Assembly (NCBI GenBank): GCA_964016885.1
Contig: OZ024766.1
Span: forward strand, 8,370,001-8,434,000
Length of the DNA stretch: 64,000 nt
From: Eledone cirrhosa
Taxonomy: Eukaryota
Reading direction: 5' to 3'
The position numbers were made by a program, and so were the translations under genes. Shown here one piece after another: positions 1-13,200 of this stretch. Position 1 is the stretch's first letter. Each line of letters opens with the position of its first letter. A model generated the notes under the pieces. That model was not told the origin of the DNA and did not search any database. It saw only the letters and a program-made list of their open reading frames with translations.

Positions 1-18
1 ACCAAGGAACTCACTCAG

Positions 19-630
19 ATGGTGGATGGGTGCTTCACGAGAATGCTGAGGATGGCTCTGAACATTAATCAGTATACACTGAAGATGAAAAACTCAGAGC
101 TGTATGGGAGCCTCCCAAAAGCCAACTCAAAAGTGACACAGAGGAGACTCAGGTTAGCTGGACATGCTCACCGACATCCAGAGTTGACATTGCACTCAGT
201 GCTCCTGTGGGAGCCCCTACAAGGACACACTAGGTTAGCTGGACATGCTCACCGCCATCCAGAGTTGACACTGCACTCAGTGCTCCTGTGGGAGCCCCTA
301 CATGGACACACTAGGTTAGCTGGACATGCTCACCAACATCCAGAGTTGACACTGCACTCAGTACTCCTGTGGGAGCCCCTACATGGACACACTGGGTTAG
401 CTGGACATGCTCACCGACATCCAGAGTTGACACTGCACTCAGTGCTCCTGTGGGAGCCCCTACAAGGACACACTGGGTTAGCTGGACATGCTCACCGACA
501 TCCAGAGTTGACACTGCACTCAGTGCTCCTGTGGGAGCCCCTACAAGGACACACTGGAAGAGGAAGACCAAGGTTAACGAATGTTGATGCTCTAAGGACA
601 GACACTGGTCTGTTGGAGACGCAGGACATA
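19..630 (+). mobile_element. RTE-clade LINE ORF 3' fragment with internal 81-bp tandem amplification
   Basis: Translation RMLRMALNI...RRLRLAGHAHRHPE...LLWEP...GRGRPRLT.VDALRTDTG matches the RTE C-terminal pattern (RLRWxGH ... GRGRP); 5 copies of an 81-bp/27-aa unit at 151-555. Confidence 0.8.
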
Positions 631-694
631 GCAGCGATATACATATATATGTTAGAAAAAGTCGGAACCCAACGACTGGGCTCATATATATTTC

Positions 695-845
695 AGAAGA
701 TCCCGTTAAGGGTGAAAGCAGCGACTCTTTGCTTAAACTTTAATCTGTTATTTTAATAAATATTTGCTCTAGGGTTCTTTTATATTTGATATATATTTAT
801 CCTTATCGAGCCCTCTTTGGATTTTAGTCTTCAAATTTATTATTA
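695..845 (+). mobile_element. Family C short repeat (GAAGATCCCGTTAAGGGTGAAAG head), ends in (TA)n
   Basis: Near-identical to 51403-51550 and to the reverse complement of 54190-54334; partial copies at 2720-2752, 21243-21275 and 54553-54720. Confidence 0.7.
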
Positions 846-878
846 TATATATATATATGTATATATATATATAATATA

Positions 879-1025
879 TCATCATCATCATCATCATCAC
901 CGTTTTACGTCCGTTCTTCCACGCTAGCATGGGTTAGACGGGTTGTCCTGTTGTGGGCAGTGTCTGGTCGGATGACCATGCCTTGCTCATACAGGAACTG
1001 ATCTGGCTTGATTTCTACAGCTGGA
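879..1025 (-). mobile_element. 3' part of the RTE-partner SINE/LINE tail ending in (GAT)n
   Basis: Reverse complement of 45275-45417. Confidence 0.7.
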
Positions 1026-1110
1026 TATATATATATATATATACACACTTATATGTATATATATACACATATCTATCTATATATATATATATACACAGGG
1101 TGTCCCCCTG

Positions 1111-1144
<34 letters not shown>

Positions 1145-1314
1145 TATATCAATATCTTTGGAAGCATCCGATGATGTTGACCAGTTCTCCCTTTCGGGTA
1201 GTGTTTTAGATGCTCAGGGAGTGGGATTGGTCGAGTGCAAGGCCTTTCCCCACTTATCTTGAATAATGGTACTAGTTTCTTACTGGTATATAGGGTGCGT
1301 GTGTGTATATATAC

Positions 1315-1361
<47 letters not shown>

Positions 1362-1710
1362 TGTGAGTGTTTTGTATCCAAACGTGTATAAACGCATATA
1401 GATATATACATTTTTTTAAACTTTGCGCATGCGCACTGGCGGCTTTTTTTTTGCGCATGTGCGTGTGACTAATTTCCGTTTAGAAAAAAAAAATGGCCGT
1501 CGAAATATTTACGCTTTTTCTAACGTGAAGGAAAAAAACGTTAAAAACTTGGATTTTTACCATTTTTACGAAGGTAAAGTAAAACTTTATTTTATGTTGA
1601 AGTCTTTTTTTGAAACATTGTATATTTATTTCCCTCCATAATGTCACCAATAACTTATTAAAAGATAGTTTTGTTTAGCTCATGCTACCCCTCCTCACGT
1701 TTTTCAATAT

Positions 1711-2393
1711 ACAGGGTGACACCCAAAACACTCTGAGAGCTTGATTATAGCATTGATGTGGTATCAACCAACACCACACGAAACTTTGTTAGTTTATGCA
1801 ACTGTAGCCACGAAAATTGTAAGAATATTCATTTAAGATTTCATATCATAAGTATTTGAAATCATAGTCGCAATTATCTCTAAAACTAATTAGACTCTTG
1901 AGACATACGAGGCAACCAAAGTCCTCCAATGTCCACCATCGTCAGTTACATCTATCAATACATCGTTCCAACTTTTGTTAATAATGTTCAGGTCCCAGTC
2001 GATTGTCTGGCACCAGATCATCTTGGCACCAGATCATCTTGGGACATCCTCTTCGCCTCTTTCCAGACGAAGGGGTACCAATACAGGACCTGATTTTCAT
2101 GTCTCTCACCTGGGAGTCGTGGGAGATAGATAGACGGACAGACAGATTAGACTTAAAACTCCCATATCTTGAGACATACGAGGCAACCAAAGTGTTCCAA
2201 CGATCACCATTGTCAGTTACATCTGTCAATACATCGTTCCAACTTTTGTTGACGGGTTTCAGGTATCAACCAACACCACACGAAACTTGTTAGTTTATGC
2301 AACTGTAGCCACCAAAATTGTAAGAATATTCATTTAAGATTTCATACCATAAGTATTTGAAATCAAAGAGTGTTTTGGTGGGTCACCCCCGTA
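1711..2393. mobile_element. Tc1/mariner-type MITE-like TIR pair enclosing duplicated fragments
   Basis: TA-CAGGGTGACACCCAAAACACTCT (1710-1734) is an imperfect inverted repeat of AGAGTGTTTTGGTGGGTCACCCCCG-TA (2367-2393); ~100-bp direct repeat at 1761-1864 / 2262-2364 inside. Confidence 0.5.
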
Positions 2394-3745
2394 TTTCTAC
2401 CACATTTTAATACAACACCCCCAACATAGTTATAATCGAATGGTTAGTACACTTTAATATATTCTTTTTATTGATTTATATTCACCATTCCTTCCGTAGT
2501 TAATGTTTGTCACTCTGGTGGTTTTTGATCCCCTTTGATTGAACACACATCTCTCTGTCTGTCTAGCTCTCTATTTGCCTGTGTCTTGCTCTTTATCTCT
2601 CTGTCTGTCTAGCTCTCTCTATCTGTTTGTCTAGCTCTCTCTATCTGTCTGTTTGTCTAGCTCTCTCTCTATCTGTCTGTTTATCTAGCTCTCTCTTTAT
2701 CTGTCTGTTTGTCTAGCTCTTGGATTTTAGTCTTCAATTTTATTATTATTACTATATATATATATATATATGTGTGTGTGTTTATATATATATATATGTG
2801 TGTGTGTGTGATGTACACAATTTAATGAAATAGTTTATCATAGATTTTTAGTTAGTTTCTTACGTTGGTGTAACTTGGTAAATAATATATTTCTAGTTCA
2901 CCTTTATGTTTTGTTCAGTTGTGACTTCGCTTTGGAGGACTTTCTCTTTGCCATAGTCGCAATTATCTCTAAAACTAATTAGACTCTTGAGACATAGGAG
3001 GCAACCAATGTCCTCCAAAGTCCACCATGGTCAGTTACATCTATCAATACATCGTTCAAACTTTTGTTGACGAGTTTCAGGTCTTTGTTGATTGTCTGTC
3101 ACCAGATCATCTTGGGAGGTCTTCTTCGTCTCTTTCCACAGAGGTGGGTACCAATACAGGACCTGATTGTCATGTCTCTCACTTGGGAGTCGTGTGAAAT
3201 AGACAGACAGACAGACGTAGTTTCGTTTTTAGACACTTCATCTACATTCTTGGGAGGGGGGTACCAATACAGATTTACACAGAACGGACCCCTTTTGGTT
3301 TATCTCTCTCTCCGTCCTTCTGTCTCTCTCTGCTTAAATTTTAAACATGTTTTCCAACCTACAGAAAAAAAATAAACGTTAAAAACTTGGATTTTTACCA
3401 TTTTTACGAAAGTAAAGTAAAGTTTTATTTTATTGAAACTAACTTTGTATTTTTATTTCCCTTTGGATTATCATGTCTCTCATTTGGGAGATAGACAGAT
3501 AGATTAGACTTAAAACTCCCATATCTTGAGACATACGAGCAACCAATGTTCACCATGGTCAGTTACATCTATCAATACATCGTTCAAACTTTTGTTGGAC
3601 GAGTTTCGGGTTTCTGTCGATTGTCTGGCACCAGATCATCTTGGGACGTCCACTTCCCAATATAGGACCTGGTTATCATGTCTCTCACCTGGGAGTCGTT
3701 GGAGATAAATTGACAGATATATTAGACTTAGGCTTAATACTCCCA
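1865..3745 (-). mobile_element. Four diverged ~250-bp copies of an RTE LINE 3' end
   Basis: Copies at about 1865-2140, 2140-2260, 2953-3215 and 3467-3745; minus-strand translation GTPSSGKRRRGCPKMIWCQ...DRWNTLVASY resembles the RTE C-terminus (GKRxRGRP..TW...DR..W). Confidence 0.6.
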
Positions 3746-4079
3746 AATTTCTCTCTGGGGTCCCCAGATCTGTTTAGATGACCATGTATACCAACTAACA
3801 TGTTTTTGGTCTCGTTGGTCACTAATGTGTGTGTGGGGCGATGATGGCTGCAGCTGACCCTATCAGATAACCCCATCTAATCTATCACATACTGCAAGTC
3901 GGACGTATTTTTGTTCTTATCCTTAATCTGCTTTTTTTTTTTTGCTCTGTACACCTTTTTCTTACCTTAATTAGTTATCAGGTGTGGTCCCTAATTAGTT
4001 TTCCCCTGGCGGGCTTAGGGTTCCTTTTTCCGCAGAGTCTCTGTTTTTCTAGTTGTACTCTTCTTCGTTTAACATTTAA

Positions 4080-4240
4080 CCTCTGGTCCGCCTCTTCTCT
4101 GTTTACTTACGTTATCTTATACATACATATAGTTATACTTGGGGAGGGCCAACAGAACACACTCACTGTTTGGTTGCTTTTCGCTTCTGTATCTCCATAG
4201 TTAATTTATTTGGCAATCAATGTTTATCATTGATTGCCAT
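4080..4240 (+). repeat. Dispersed repeat ending in the hairpin GGCAATCAATG-TTTAT-CATTGATTGCC
   Basis: Reverse-complement copies at 43598-43760 and 45438-45600. Confidence 0.55.
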
Positions 4241-4276
4241 TATTATTTCAGGCAATATAACAATATATATTTTGCA

Positions 4277-4395
4277 TTCGATTCCTTGACCAGGCGATGC
4301 ATTATGTCCTTGAGCAAGACACTTTATTTCACGGTGCGACAAACGGAAACATAATTCGTCGGTCTGATTTGACGAAGGTCAATCGACTGTCGACA
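4277..4395 (+). mobile_element. CORE-like SINE fragment
   Basis: TGTCCTTGAGCAAGACACTTTA core motif; fuller copy on the minus strand at 53870-54085. Confidence 0.6.
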
Positions 4396-4659
4396 TATAT
4401 ATATATATATACACACACATGCATACGTTTCTCGTTCCGTAGGGGTATTCCCCCTCGTCTGGGATGCTACATATTGTGACACCTTCTCTATTGAAGCATC
4501 GGCCTATCTCTGCTGACCCCCGGGGCCTCACTTGTGGATTAAGTATTTCCCATCTGATGTATCTAAATAAGTTGGAAAAATTTGATAAAGTTCAACATTT
4601 TTTTTAATTGATAACGTAAGTATTTAAATGTATATACACACAAATATATATGTACATAA

Positions 4660-4762
4660 TTGTTTCTATTTTAGGCACAAGGCCAGCAATTACTGGTACT
4701 TTATTTTATCGACCCCGTAAGGATGAAAGGCAAAGTCAACCTCGGCGGGATTTGAACTCAGA
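4660..4762 (-). mobile_element. Nin-domain-like tRNA SINE fragment
   Basis: Reverse complement of GAGTTCAAATCCCGCCGAGGTTGACTTTGCCTTTCATCCTTACGGGGTCGATAAAATAAAGTACCAG. Confidence 0.75.
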
Positions 4763-4865
4763 ATATATATGTACATAATAAAAGACAAAACGAGAAGAAT
4801 TTGATAAAGTTTTAATTTATTTTATTGACAATGTATATAAATGACTTTCATAGTTTTTCTTGCAG

Positions 4866-4963
4866 ATGTCCAGCCTTCTCGGTCAGATGCTGTGTTGTTT
4901 GCTGCAACCACTGAAGGTTTTCATTGTGAAAGTATTTACAAGTCCAAGTTTCCTGAACAGTGA
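4866..4963 (+). CDS. Possible terminal coding exon of an unidentified gene
   Basis: Strong acceptor TTTTTCTTGCAG ending at 4865, non-repetitive sequence, a frame reading (D)VQPSRSDAVLFAATTEGFHCESIYKSKFPEQ*, followed by AATAAA at ~4977, 5017 and 5029; frame uncertain. Confidence 0.35.
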
Positions 4964-5447
4964 TGAAGTGTCTGTTAATAAAAGAAATATTTAAATATTA
5001 TTTCCGAATTGTATGAATAAAGTTTTAAAATAAAAAAAAATCTTTAAACTTTATTTACGAGTTGTGTTCAGTTTATTTGACAAAAAAAGATTAGCCTTTA
5101 GACTCATAAACAAAGTTTCTGTTAATAAAGAAATCTTTGCATATTATATATAAGTTAGATTAATATTTTGACAAAAGAAATCAGCTTCAAGACATACAAA
5201 TGGCTCTCGTCTTTGAAAGAAATTCCGGCTGCCTAAAACCTCCATCGCAATAAATTATAATAAAGGAGTAAATTCTTTCAAAGAAAATACGGTCATATTT
5301 TTTCTCATTAAAGGAAGAGGTATCTTTTTTTTTTTTATTAAAGGGAGGTAACTCTTTAAAAGTATGAATTGTCTCCCTTGGAGTTTTTAAAAGTGTATAA
5401 TCAAGGGAGGTAACTCTTTCAAAGTATGAGTTGTCTCCCTTGAATAA

Positions 5448-5768
5448 TAAGAATCTAAATGAAGTGTCCAAAAAAAAAAAGAAACTAAGAATCTAAATGA
5501 AGTGTCTAAAAAGAAATTAAGAATGTGAATGAAGTGTCTAGAAAGAAATTAAGAATCTAAATGAAGTGTCTAAAAAGAAATTAAGAATCTAAATGAAGTG
5601 TCTAAAAAGAAATTAAGAATGTGAATGAAGTGTCTAGAAAGAAATTAAGAATCTAAATGAAGTGTCTAAAAAGAAATTAAGAATCTAAATGAAGTGTCTA
5701 AAAAAAAAGAAACTAAGAATCTAAATGAAGTGTCTAAAAAGAAATTAAGAATCTAAATGAAGTGTCAA
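5448..5768. repeat. 32-bp minisatellite (~10 copies)
   Basis: Unit AAGAATCTAAATGAAGTGTCTAAAAAGAAATT. Confidence 0.9.
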
Positions 5769-7495
5769 AAAAAAAAAATCTATATGAAATGAGTGTTTTT
5801 AAAAGTGTCAAAAAAAAATCTATATGAAATGAGTGTTTTTAAAAGTGTCAAAAAAAAATCTATATGAAACGGGTGTTTTTGAAAAGTCGAAAAAAAAATC
5901 TATATGAAACGAGTGTTTTTGAAAAGTCGAAAAAAAAATCTATATGAAACGAGTGTTTTTGAAAAGTCGAAAAAAAAATCTATATGAAACGAGTGTTTTT
6001 GAAAAGTCGAAAAAAAAATCTATATGAAACGAGTGTTTTTGAAAAGTCGAAAAAAAAATCTATATGAAACGGGTGTTTTTGAAAAGTCGAAAAAAAATTC
6101 TATATGAAATGAGTGTTTTTGAAAAGTCGAAAAAAAAATCTATATGAAACGGGTGTTTTTGAAAAGTCGAAAAAAAAATCTATATGAGACGAGTGTTTTT
6201 GAAAAGTCGAAAAAAAAATCTATATGAAACGAGTGTTTTTGAAAAGTCGAAAAAAAAATCTATATGAAACGAGTGTTTTTGAAAAGTCGAAAAAAAAATC
6301 TATATGAAACGAGTGTTTTTGAAAAGTCGAAAAAAAAATCTATATGAAACGGGTGTTTTTGAAAAGTCGAAAAAAAATTCTATGAAATGAGTGTTTTTGA
6401 AAAGTCGAAAAAAAAATCTATATGAAACGGGTGTTTTTGAAAAGTCGAAAAAAAAATCTATATGAAACGAGTGTTTTTGAAAAGTCGAAAAAAAAATCTA
6501 TATGAAACGAGTGTTTTTGAAAAGTCGAAAAAAAAATCTATATGAAACGAGTGTTTTTGAAAAGTCGAAAAAAAAATCTATATGAAACGAGTGTTTTTGA
6601 AAAGTCGAAAAAAAAATCTATATGAAACGGGTGTTTTTGAAAAGTCGAAAAAAAATTCTATATGAAATGAGTGTTTTTGAAAAGTCGAAAAAAAAATCTA
6701 TATGAAACGGGTGTTTTTGAAAAGTCGAAAAAAAAATCTATATGAAACGAGTGTTTTTGAAAAGTCGAAAAAAAATTCTATATGAAATGAGTGTTTTTGA
6801 AAAGTCGAAAAAAAAATCTATATGAAACGGGTGTTTTTGAAAAGTCGAAAAAAAATTCTATATGAAACGAGTGTTTTTGAAAAGTCGAAAAAAAAAATCT
6901 ATATGAAACGAGTGTTTTTGAAAAGTCGAAAAAAAATTCTATATGAAATGAGTGTTTTTGAAAAGTCGAAAAAAAAAATCTATATGAAACGAGTGTTTTT
7001 GAAAAGTCGAAAAAAAATTCTATATGAAATGAGTGTTTTTGAAAAGTCGAAAAAAAAATCTATATGAAACGGGTGTTTTTGAAAAGTCGAAAAAAAAATC
7101 TATATGAAACGAGTGTTTTTGAAAAGTCGAAAAAAAAAATCTATATGAAACGGGTGTTTTTGAAAAGTCGAAAAAAAATTCTATATGAAATGAGTGTTTT
7201 TGAAAAGTCGAAAAAAAAATCTATATGAAATGAGTGTTTTTGAAAGTGTCAAAAAAAAATCTATATGAAACGGGTGTTTTTGAAAAGTCGAAAAAAAAAT
7301 CTATATGAAATGAGTGTTTTTGAAAGTGTCAAAAAAAATTCTATATGAAACGGGTGTTTTTGAAAAGTCGAAAAAAAAATCTATATGAAATGAGTGTTTT
7401 TGAAAGTGTCAAAAAAAAATTCTATATGAAATGGGTGTTTTTGAAAAGTCGAAAAAAAAATTCTATATGAAATTAGTGTTTTTGAAAAGTCGAGA
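5769..7495. repeat. 40-bp minisatellite (~43 copies)
   Basis: Unit GAAAAGTCGAAAAAAAAATCTATATGAAACGAGTGTTTTT. Confidence 0.95.
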
Positions 7496-8436
7496 AGAAG
7501 AATTCCATGTGAAATGCATTCAAAATGTCCAAAATAAATCTATTTGAAAAGTCGAAAAATCTAAATCAATTCTTAAAATCAAGGGAGGTAAAATCCAAGG
7601 GGAGATAATCGAGGTTTTTTTTAGCAAAAAAATTCTCCGAGGTGGTCTGGGACGGGCCAGTATCTACGTACCGGCCCAGACAGTCCCAGGCCCTTTTAGC
7701 AGTCGCACGCCACTACGAAACGAACGTCAGTCACTGGGACCGGCGATACGAGACGCAGCTCGCGCGCCACCTCGAAGGCCGCAATTCTACTGAGTTCCAA
7801 ACACATACTTATGGGTACTTTTCACAATTTTTGTTTAAAAAAAAATAAACGAAACGAAGGGAGGTAATTTGGGGTTCTGGGTAGAGATATTTTTACAAGA
7901 AACTTATTAGCGCATTGGTGGTACTGAGACGATGAGGGATTCGACCTCTGAACCTTTTTGTCTCTATAAATTATGAAATTATATTCATAAAAAATATCGT
8001 CTTCAGACCAACGCACTAACAATTTTCTCATGAAAATCTCTATTCCGAACCAATTACCTCCATTCATTTCGTTTATATTTTTTTCTTCAATAAATAATTA
8101 AAAATATAGATTACTTACCTCTATACTGACGCCAGGACCGCTACATTTAAGACATTTATTAGGGAGATATATATATACATATGCCATCCCAGGGCCAACA
8201 TCACGGCCACAACAAACCAGACTGCCGAACATATGTACATATATATATAAATACAAACATAACTATATAAATATGTACATATATTTATATACAAACATAA
8301 CTATATAAATATATACACACATATGTATATATATACAAACATAACTATATAAATATATACACACATATGTATATATATACAAACATAACTATATACACGC
8401 ATATATATATATGCAAACATAACTATATAAATATAG

Positions 8437-8968
8437 GTGATGACAGTGGGAGTTTGGTTCCTCTGTGTTCGTACCTGGTGTACATGAGATATGGAGAGAT
8501 ACAGAGGTGATGACAGTGGGAGTTTGGTTCCTCTGTGTTCGGAACTGGTGTACATGAGAGATACAGAGGTGATGACAGTGGGTGTTTGGTTCCTCTGTGT
8601 TCGGAACTGGTGTACATGAGAGATACAGAGGTGATGACAGTGGGAGTTTGGTTCCTCTGTGTTCGGACCTAGTGTAGATGTGAGATGGGAGGGAGAGAGA
8701 GATTGAGGTGATGACAGTGGGAGTTTGGTTCCTCTGTGTTCGGAACTGGTGTACATGAGATATGGAGAGATACAGAGGTGATGACAGTGGGAGTTTGGTT
8801 CCTCTGTGTTTGGAACTGGTGTACATGAGAGATACAGAGGTGATGACAGTGGGTGTTTGGTTTCTCTGTGTTCGGAACTGGTGTACATGTGAGATGGGAG
8901 GGAGAGAGAGAGATTGAGGTAATGACAGTGGGGGTGTGGTTCCTCTGTGTTCGGAACTGGTATACATG
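8437..8968 (-). repeat. 63-72-bp minisatellite, inverted relative of the 10255-13840 array
   Basis: GGTGATGACAGTGGGAGTTTGGTTCCTCTGTGTTCGGAACTGGTGTACATG repeated ~8 times. Confidence 0.9.
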
Positions 8969-9614
8969 TGTGTATATTTTTACACTATCAACACTTTTTT
9001 TTTCTTCCACTTATTCTCCAGACTTTCGCTCAGAACAACAAAGAAACGTGTTTATATATACAACTAACAATCTTCTCATGAAAATCTATATTCCGAACGA
9101 AATACATCCACTCATTTCATTTACATTTTTTCTTCAATGAATAATTAAAAATATAGATTACTTACCTCCGTACTGACACCAGTCTCGCTACATTTACGAC
9201 ATTTATTAGGAAGACATATAAATGCAGTAAAAAAATGTGGCGAAGGGCGTAAATGTGGTCAGCAGTTGGTTAGTTAGGTAAAATTCCGTCTGAAAATGTT
9301 GCTCTGTGACAGTCCGGTCTCCCAGAGAAGCGTCAGACCATAGGTAATCCATAGCGTGTCGTTCCAGGCCATAGGTAATCCAAAGCGTGGCAAACATCCA
9401 AATTATGTTTACAGAAAAAAATATGAAGTCACAAAATCAAGGGAGGTAATATCCAAGGGGAGATAATTCCCAAATTTTTTTCCAGTAAAAAGTCTGCGCG
9501 TTATCAGTCCGAGGTCGTTTGGAAGGGGCCCCACCCAGAATGTCTAGCTGTTCCTTTGAATGGAATTGGCGATATACAAAAGCGTGGAGAACTTAATATT
9601 GCTAACAAAAAAGG

Positions 9615-9790
9615 GGCAGTATCGGTAGAGGGTTGGACGCCATGCTTTCCAGCATAGTTACGTCCCTTTACAATCTGAGTTCAAATCCCGCCGAGGTTAA
9701 CTTTGCCTTTCATCCTTACGGGGTCGATAAAATAAAGTACCAGTAATGCACTGGGTAATTGCTGGCCTTGTGCCTAAAGTAGAAACAAAT
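9615..9790 (+). mobile_element. tRNA-derived SINE (Nin-like body), near full length
   Basis: A-box-like GGCAGTATCGG, B-box GAGTTCAAATCC, then GCCTTTCATCCTTACGGGGTCGATAAAAT; further copies at 18433-18610 and 19353-19527. Confidence 0.8.
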
Positions 9791-9891
9791 ATTGCTAACA
9801 AAAAGTTATTGGACCGTTTTACACAACCAATAGTGCACCTTACTATATATAGACATACACATACACATGTATAAAGATATATACATACATT

Positions 9892-10168
9892 ACTCAGCGC
9901 TTTCTCCACTCAGCCCTATTTAGAGCTATCGCCTCCCAGTACTCTACATCAAATGCCAGCCCTTTGAGGTTGTTGTTGATGCTGTCCTTGAACCTCATTG
10001 TTAGTTTGTGTTGAGGTCTTTTTCCAAGATGGAGCTCAGGATCCTGCTTTTATTTCATGCAGACGATATGTCCTGTCCAACGCATTTGAGATGTTACTTA
10101 GGACTCAATGCTTGAACATTCTGCTTTGATAAGAACATGGACGTCAGGTGTTCTGTCTTGTCACTTGA
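9892..10168 (-). mobile_element. RTE LINE ORF C-terminal fragment
   Basis: Minus-strand translation QDRTPDVHVLIKAECSSIES*VTSQMRWTGHIVCM...RFKDSINNNLK...WEAIALNRAEWRKAL. Confidence 0.75.
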
Positions 10169-10254
10169 TGTTGTACACCAGGTCCGGACTCCCTCTGTTT
10201 CACTCCATATCTTATGTACACAGTGACACCAAACTCCACCCGTCTCTCTCACCC

Positions 10255-13200
10255 TCCCCATCTCACATGTACACCAGGTCCGAACACAGAGGAACCAAAC
10301 TCCCATTGTCACTGCCCTCCCCATCTCACACGTACACCAGGTCCAAACACAGAGGAACCAAACTCCCATTGTCACTGCCCTCCCCATCTCACACGTACAC
10401 CAGGTCCAAACACAGAGGAACCAAACTCCCATTGTCACTGCCCTCCCCATCTCACATGTACACCAGGTCCAAACACAGAGGAACCAAACTCCCATTGTCA
10501 CTGCCCTCCCCATCTCACACGTACACCAGGTCCAAACACAGAGGAACCAAACTCCCATTGTCACTGCCCCCCCCATCTCACATGTACACCATGTCCGAAC
10601 ACAGAGGAACCAAACTCCCATTGTCACTGCCCTCCCCATCTCACACGTACACCAGGTCCAAACACAGAGGAACCAAACTCCCATTGTCACTGCCCTCCCC
10701 ATCTTACATGTACACAATGTCCAAACACAGAGGAACCAAACTCCCATTGTCACTGCCCTCCCCATCTCACACGTACACCAGGTCCAAACACAGAGGAACC
10801 AAACTCCCATTGTCACTGCCCTCCCCATCTCACACATACACCAGGTCCGAACACAGAGGAACCAAACTCCCATTGTCACTGCCCCCCCCATCTTACATGT
10901 ACACCATGTCCAAACACAGAGGAACCAAACTCCCATTGTCACTGCCCTCCCCATCTCACACGTACACCAGGTCCAAACACAGAGGAACCAAACTCCCATT
11001 GTCACTGCCCTCCCCATCTCACACGTACACCAGGTCCAAACACAGAGGAACCAAACTCCCATTGTCACTGCCCTCCCCATCTCACACGTACACCAGGTCC
11101 AAACACAGAGGAACCAAACTCCCATTGTCACTGCCCTCCCCATCTCACACGTACACCAGGTCCAAACACAGAGGAACCAAACTCCCATTGTCACTGCCCC
11201 CCCCATCTTACATGTACACCATGTCCAAACACAGAGGAACCAAACTCCCATTGTCACTGCCCTCCCCATCTCACACGTACACCAGGTCCGAACACAGAGG
11301 AACCAAACTCCCATTGTCACTGCCCTCCCCATCTCACACATACACCAGGTCCGAACACAGAGGAACCAAACTCCCATTGTCACTGCCCCCCCCATCTTAC
11401 ATGTACACCATGTCCAAACACAGAGGAACCAAACTCCCATTGTCACTGCCCTCCCCATCTCACACGTACACCAGGTCCAAACACAGAGGAACCAAACTCC
11501 CATTGTCACTGCCCTCCCCATCTCACACGTACACCAGGTCCAAACACAGAGGAACCAAACTCCCATTGTCACTGCCCCCCCCATCTCACATGTACACCAT
11601 GTCCGAACACAGAGGAACCAAACTCCCATTGTCACTGCCCTCCCCATCTCACACGTACACCAGGTCCGAACACAGAGGAACCAAACTCCCATTGTCACTG
11701 CCCTCCCCATCTCACATGTACACCATGTCCAAACACAGAGGAACCAAACTCCCATTGTCACTGCCCTCCCCATCTCACATGTACACCAGGTCCGAACACA
11801 GAGGAACCAAACTCCCATTGTCACTGCCCCCCCCATCTCACATGTACACCAGGTCCAAACACAGAGGAACCAAACTCCCATTGTCACTGCCCTCCCCATC
11901 TCACACGTACACCAGGTCCAAACACAGAGGAACCAAACTCCCATTGTCACTGCCCTCCCCATCTCACATGTACACCAGGTCCAAACACAGAGGAACCAAA
12001 CTCCCATTGTCACTGCCCCCCCCATCTTACATGTACACCATGTCCAAACACAGAGGAACCAAACTCCCATTGTCACTGCCCTCCCCATCTCACACGTACA
12101 CCAGGTCCAAACACAGAGGAACCAAACTCCCATTGTCACTGCCCTCCCCATCTCACACGTACACCAGGTCCAAACACAGAGGAACCAAACTCCCATTGTC
12201 ACTGCCCCCCCCATCTTACATGTACACCATGTCCAAACACAGAGGAACCAAACTCCCATTGTCACTGCCCTCCCCATCTCACATGTACACCAGGTCCAAA
12301 CACAGAGGAACCAAACTCCCATTGTCACTGCCCTCCCCATCTCACACGTACACCAGGTCCAAACACAGAGGAACCAAACTCCCATTGTCACTGCCCTCCC
12401 CATCTCACACGTACACCAGGTCCAAACACAGAGGAACCAAACTCCCATTGTCACTGCCCTCCCCATCTCACACGTACACCAGGTCCAAACACAGAGGAAC
12501 CAAACTCCCATTGTCACTGCCCTCCCCATCTCACACGTACACCAGGTCCAAACACAGAGGAACCAAACTCCCATTGTCACTGCCCCCCCCCATCTTACAT
12601 GTACACCATGTCCAAACACAGAGGAACCAAACTCCCATTGTCACTGCCCTCCCCATCTCACACGTACACCAGGTCCAAACACAGAGGAACCAAACTCCCA
12701 TTGTCACTGCCCTCCCCATCTCACACATACACCAGGTCCGAACACAGAGGAACCAAACTCCCATTGTCACTGCCCCCCCCATCTTACATGTACACCATGT
12801 CCAAACACAGAGGAACCAAACTCCCATTGTCACTGCCCTCCCCATCTCACACGTACACCAGGTCCAAACACAGAGGAACCAAACTCCCATTGTCACTGCC
12901 CTCCCCATCTCACACGTACACCAGGTCCAAACACAGAGGAACCAAACTCCCATTGTCACTGCCCTCCCCATCTCACACGTACACCAGGTCCAAACACAGA
13001 GGAACCAAACTCCCATTGTCACTGCCCTCCCCATCTCACATGTACACCAGGTCCGAACACAGAGGAACCAAACTCCCATTGTCACTGCCCCCCCCATCTT
13101 ACATGTACACCATGTCCAAACACAGAGGAACCAAACTCCCATTGTCACTGCCCCCCCCATCTTACATGTACACCAGGTCCAAACACAGAGGAACCAAACT

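Noticed and set aside
5769-7495. CRISPR-like regular repeats (also 36623-41545 and 57300-58420)
   Set aside because: Head-to-tail units with no unique spacers, no cas genes, eukaryotic context
9615-9695. tRNA gene candidates (also 18433, 19353, 49200 and 53130)
   Set aside because: A and B boxes are present but run into a SINE body; no cloverleaf
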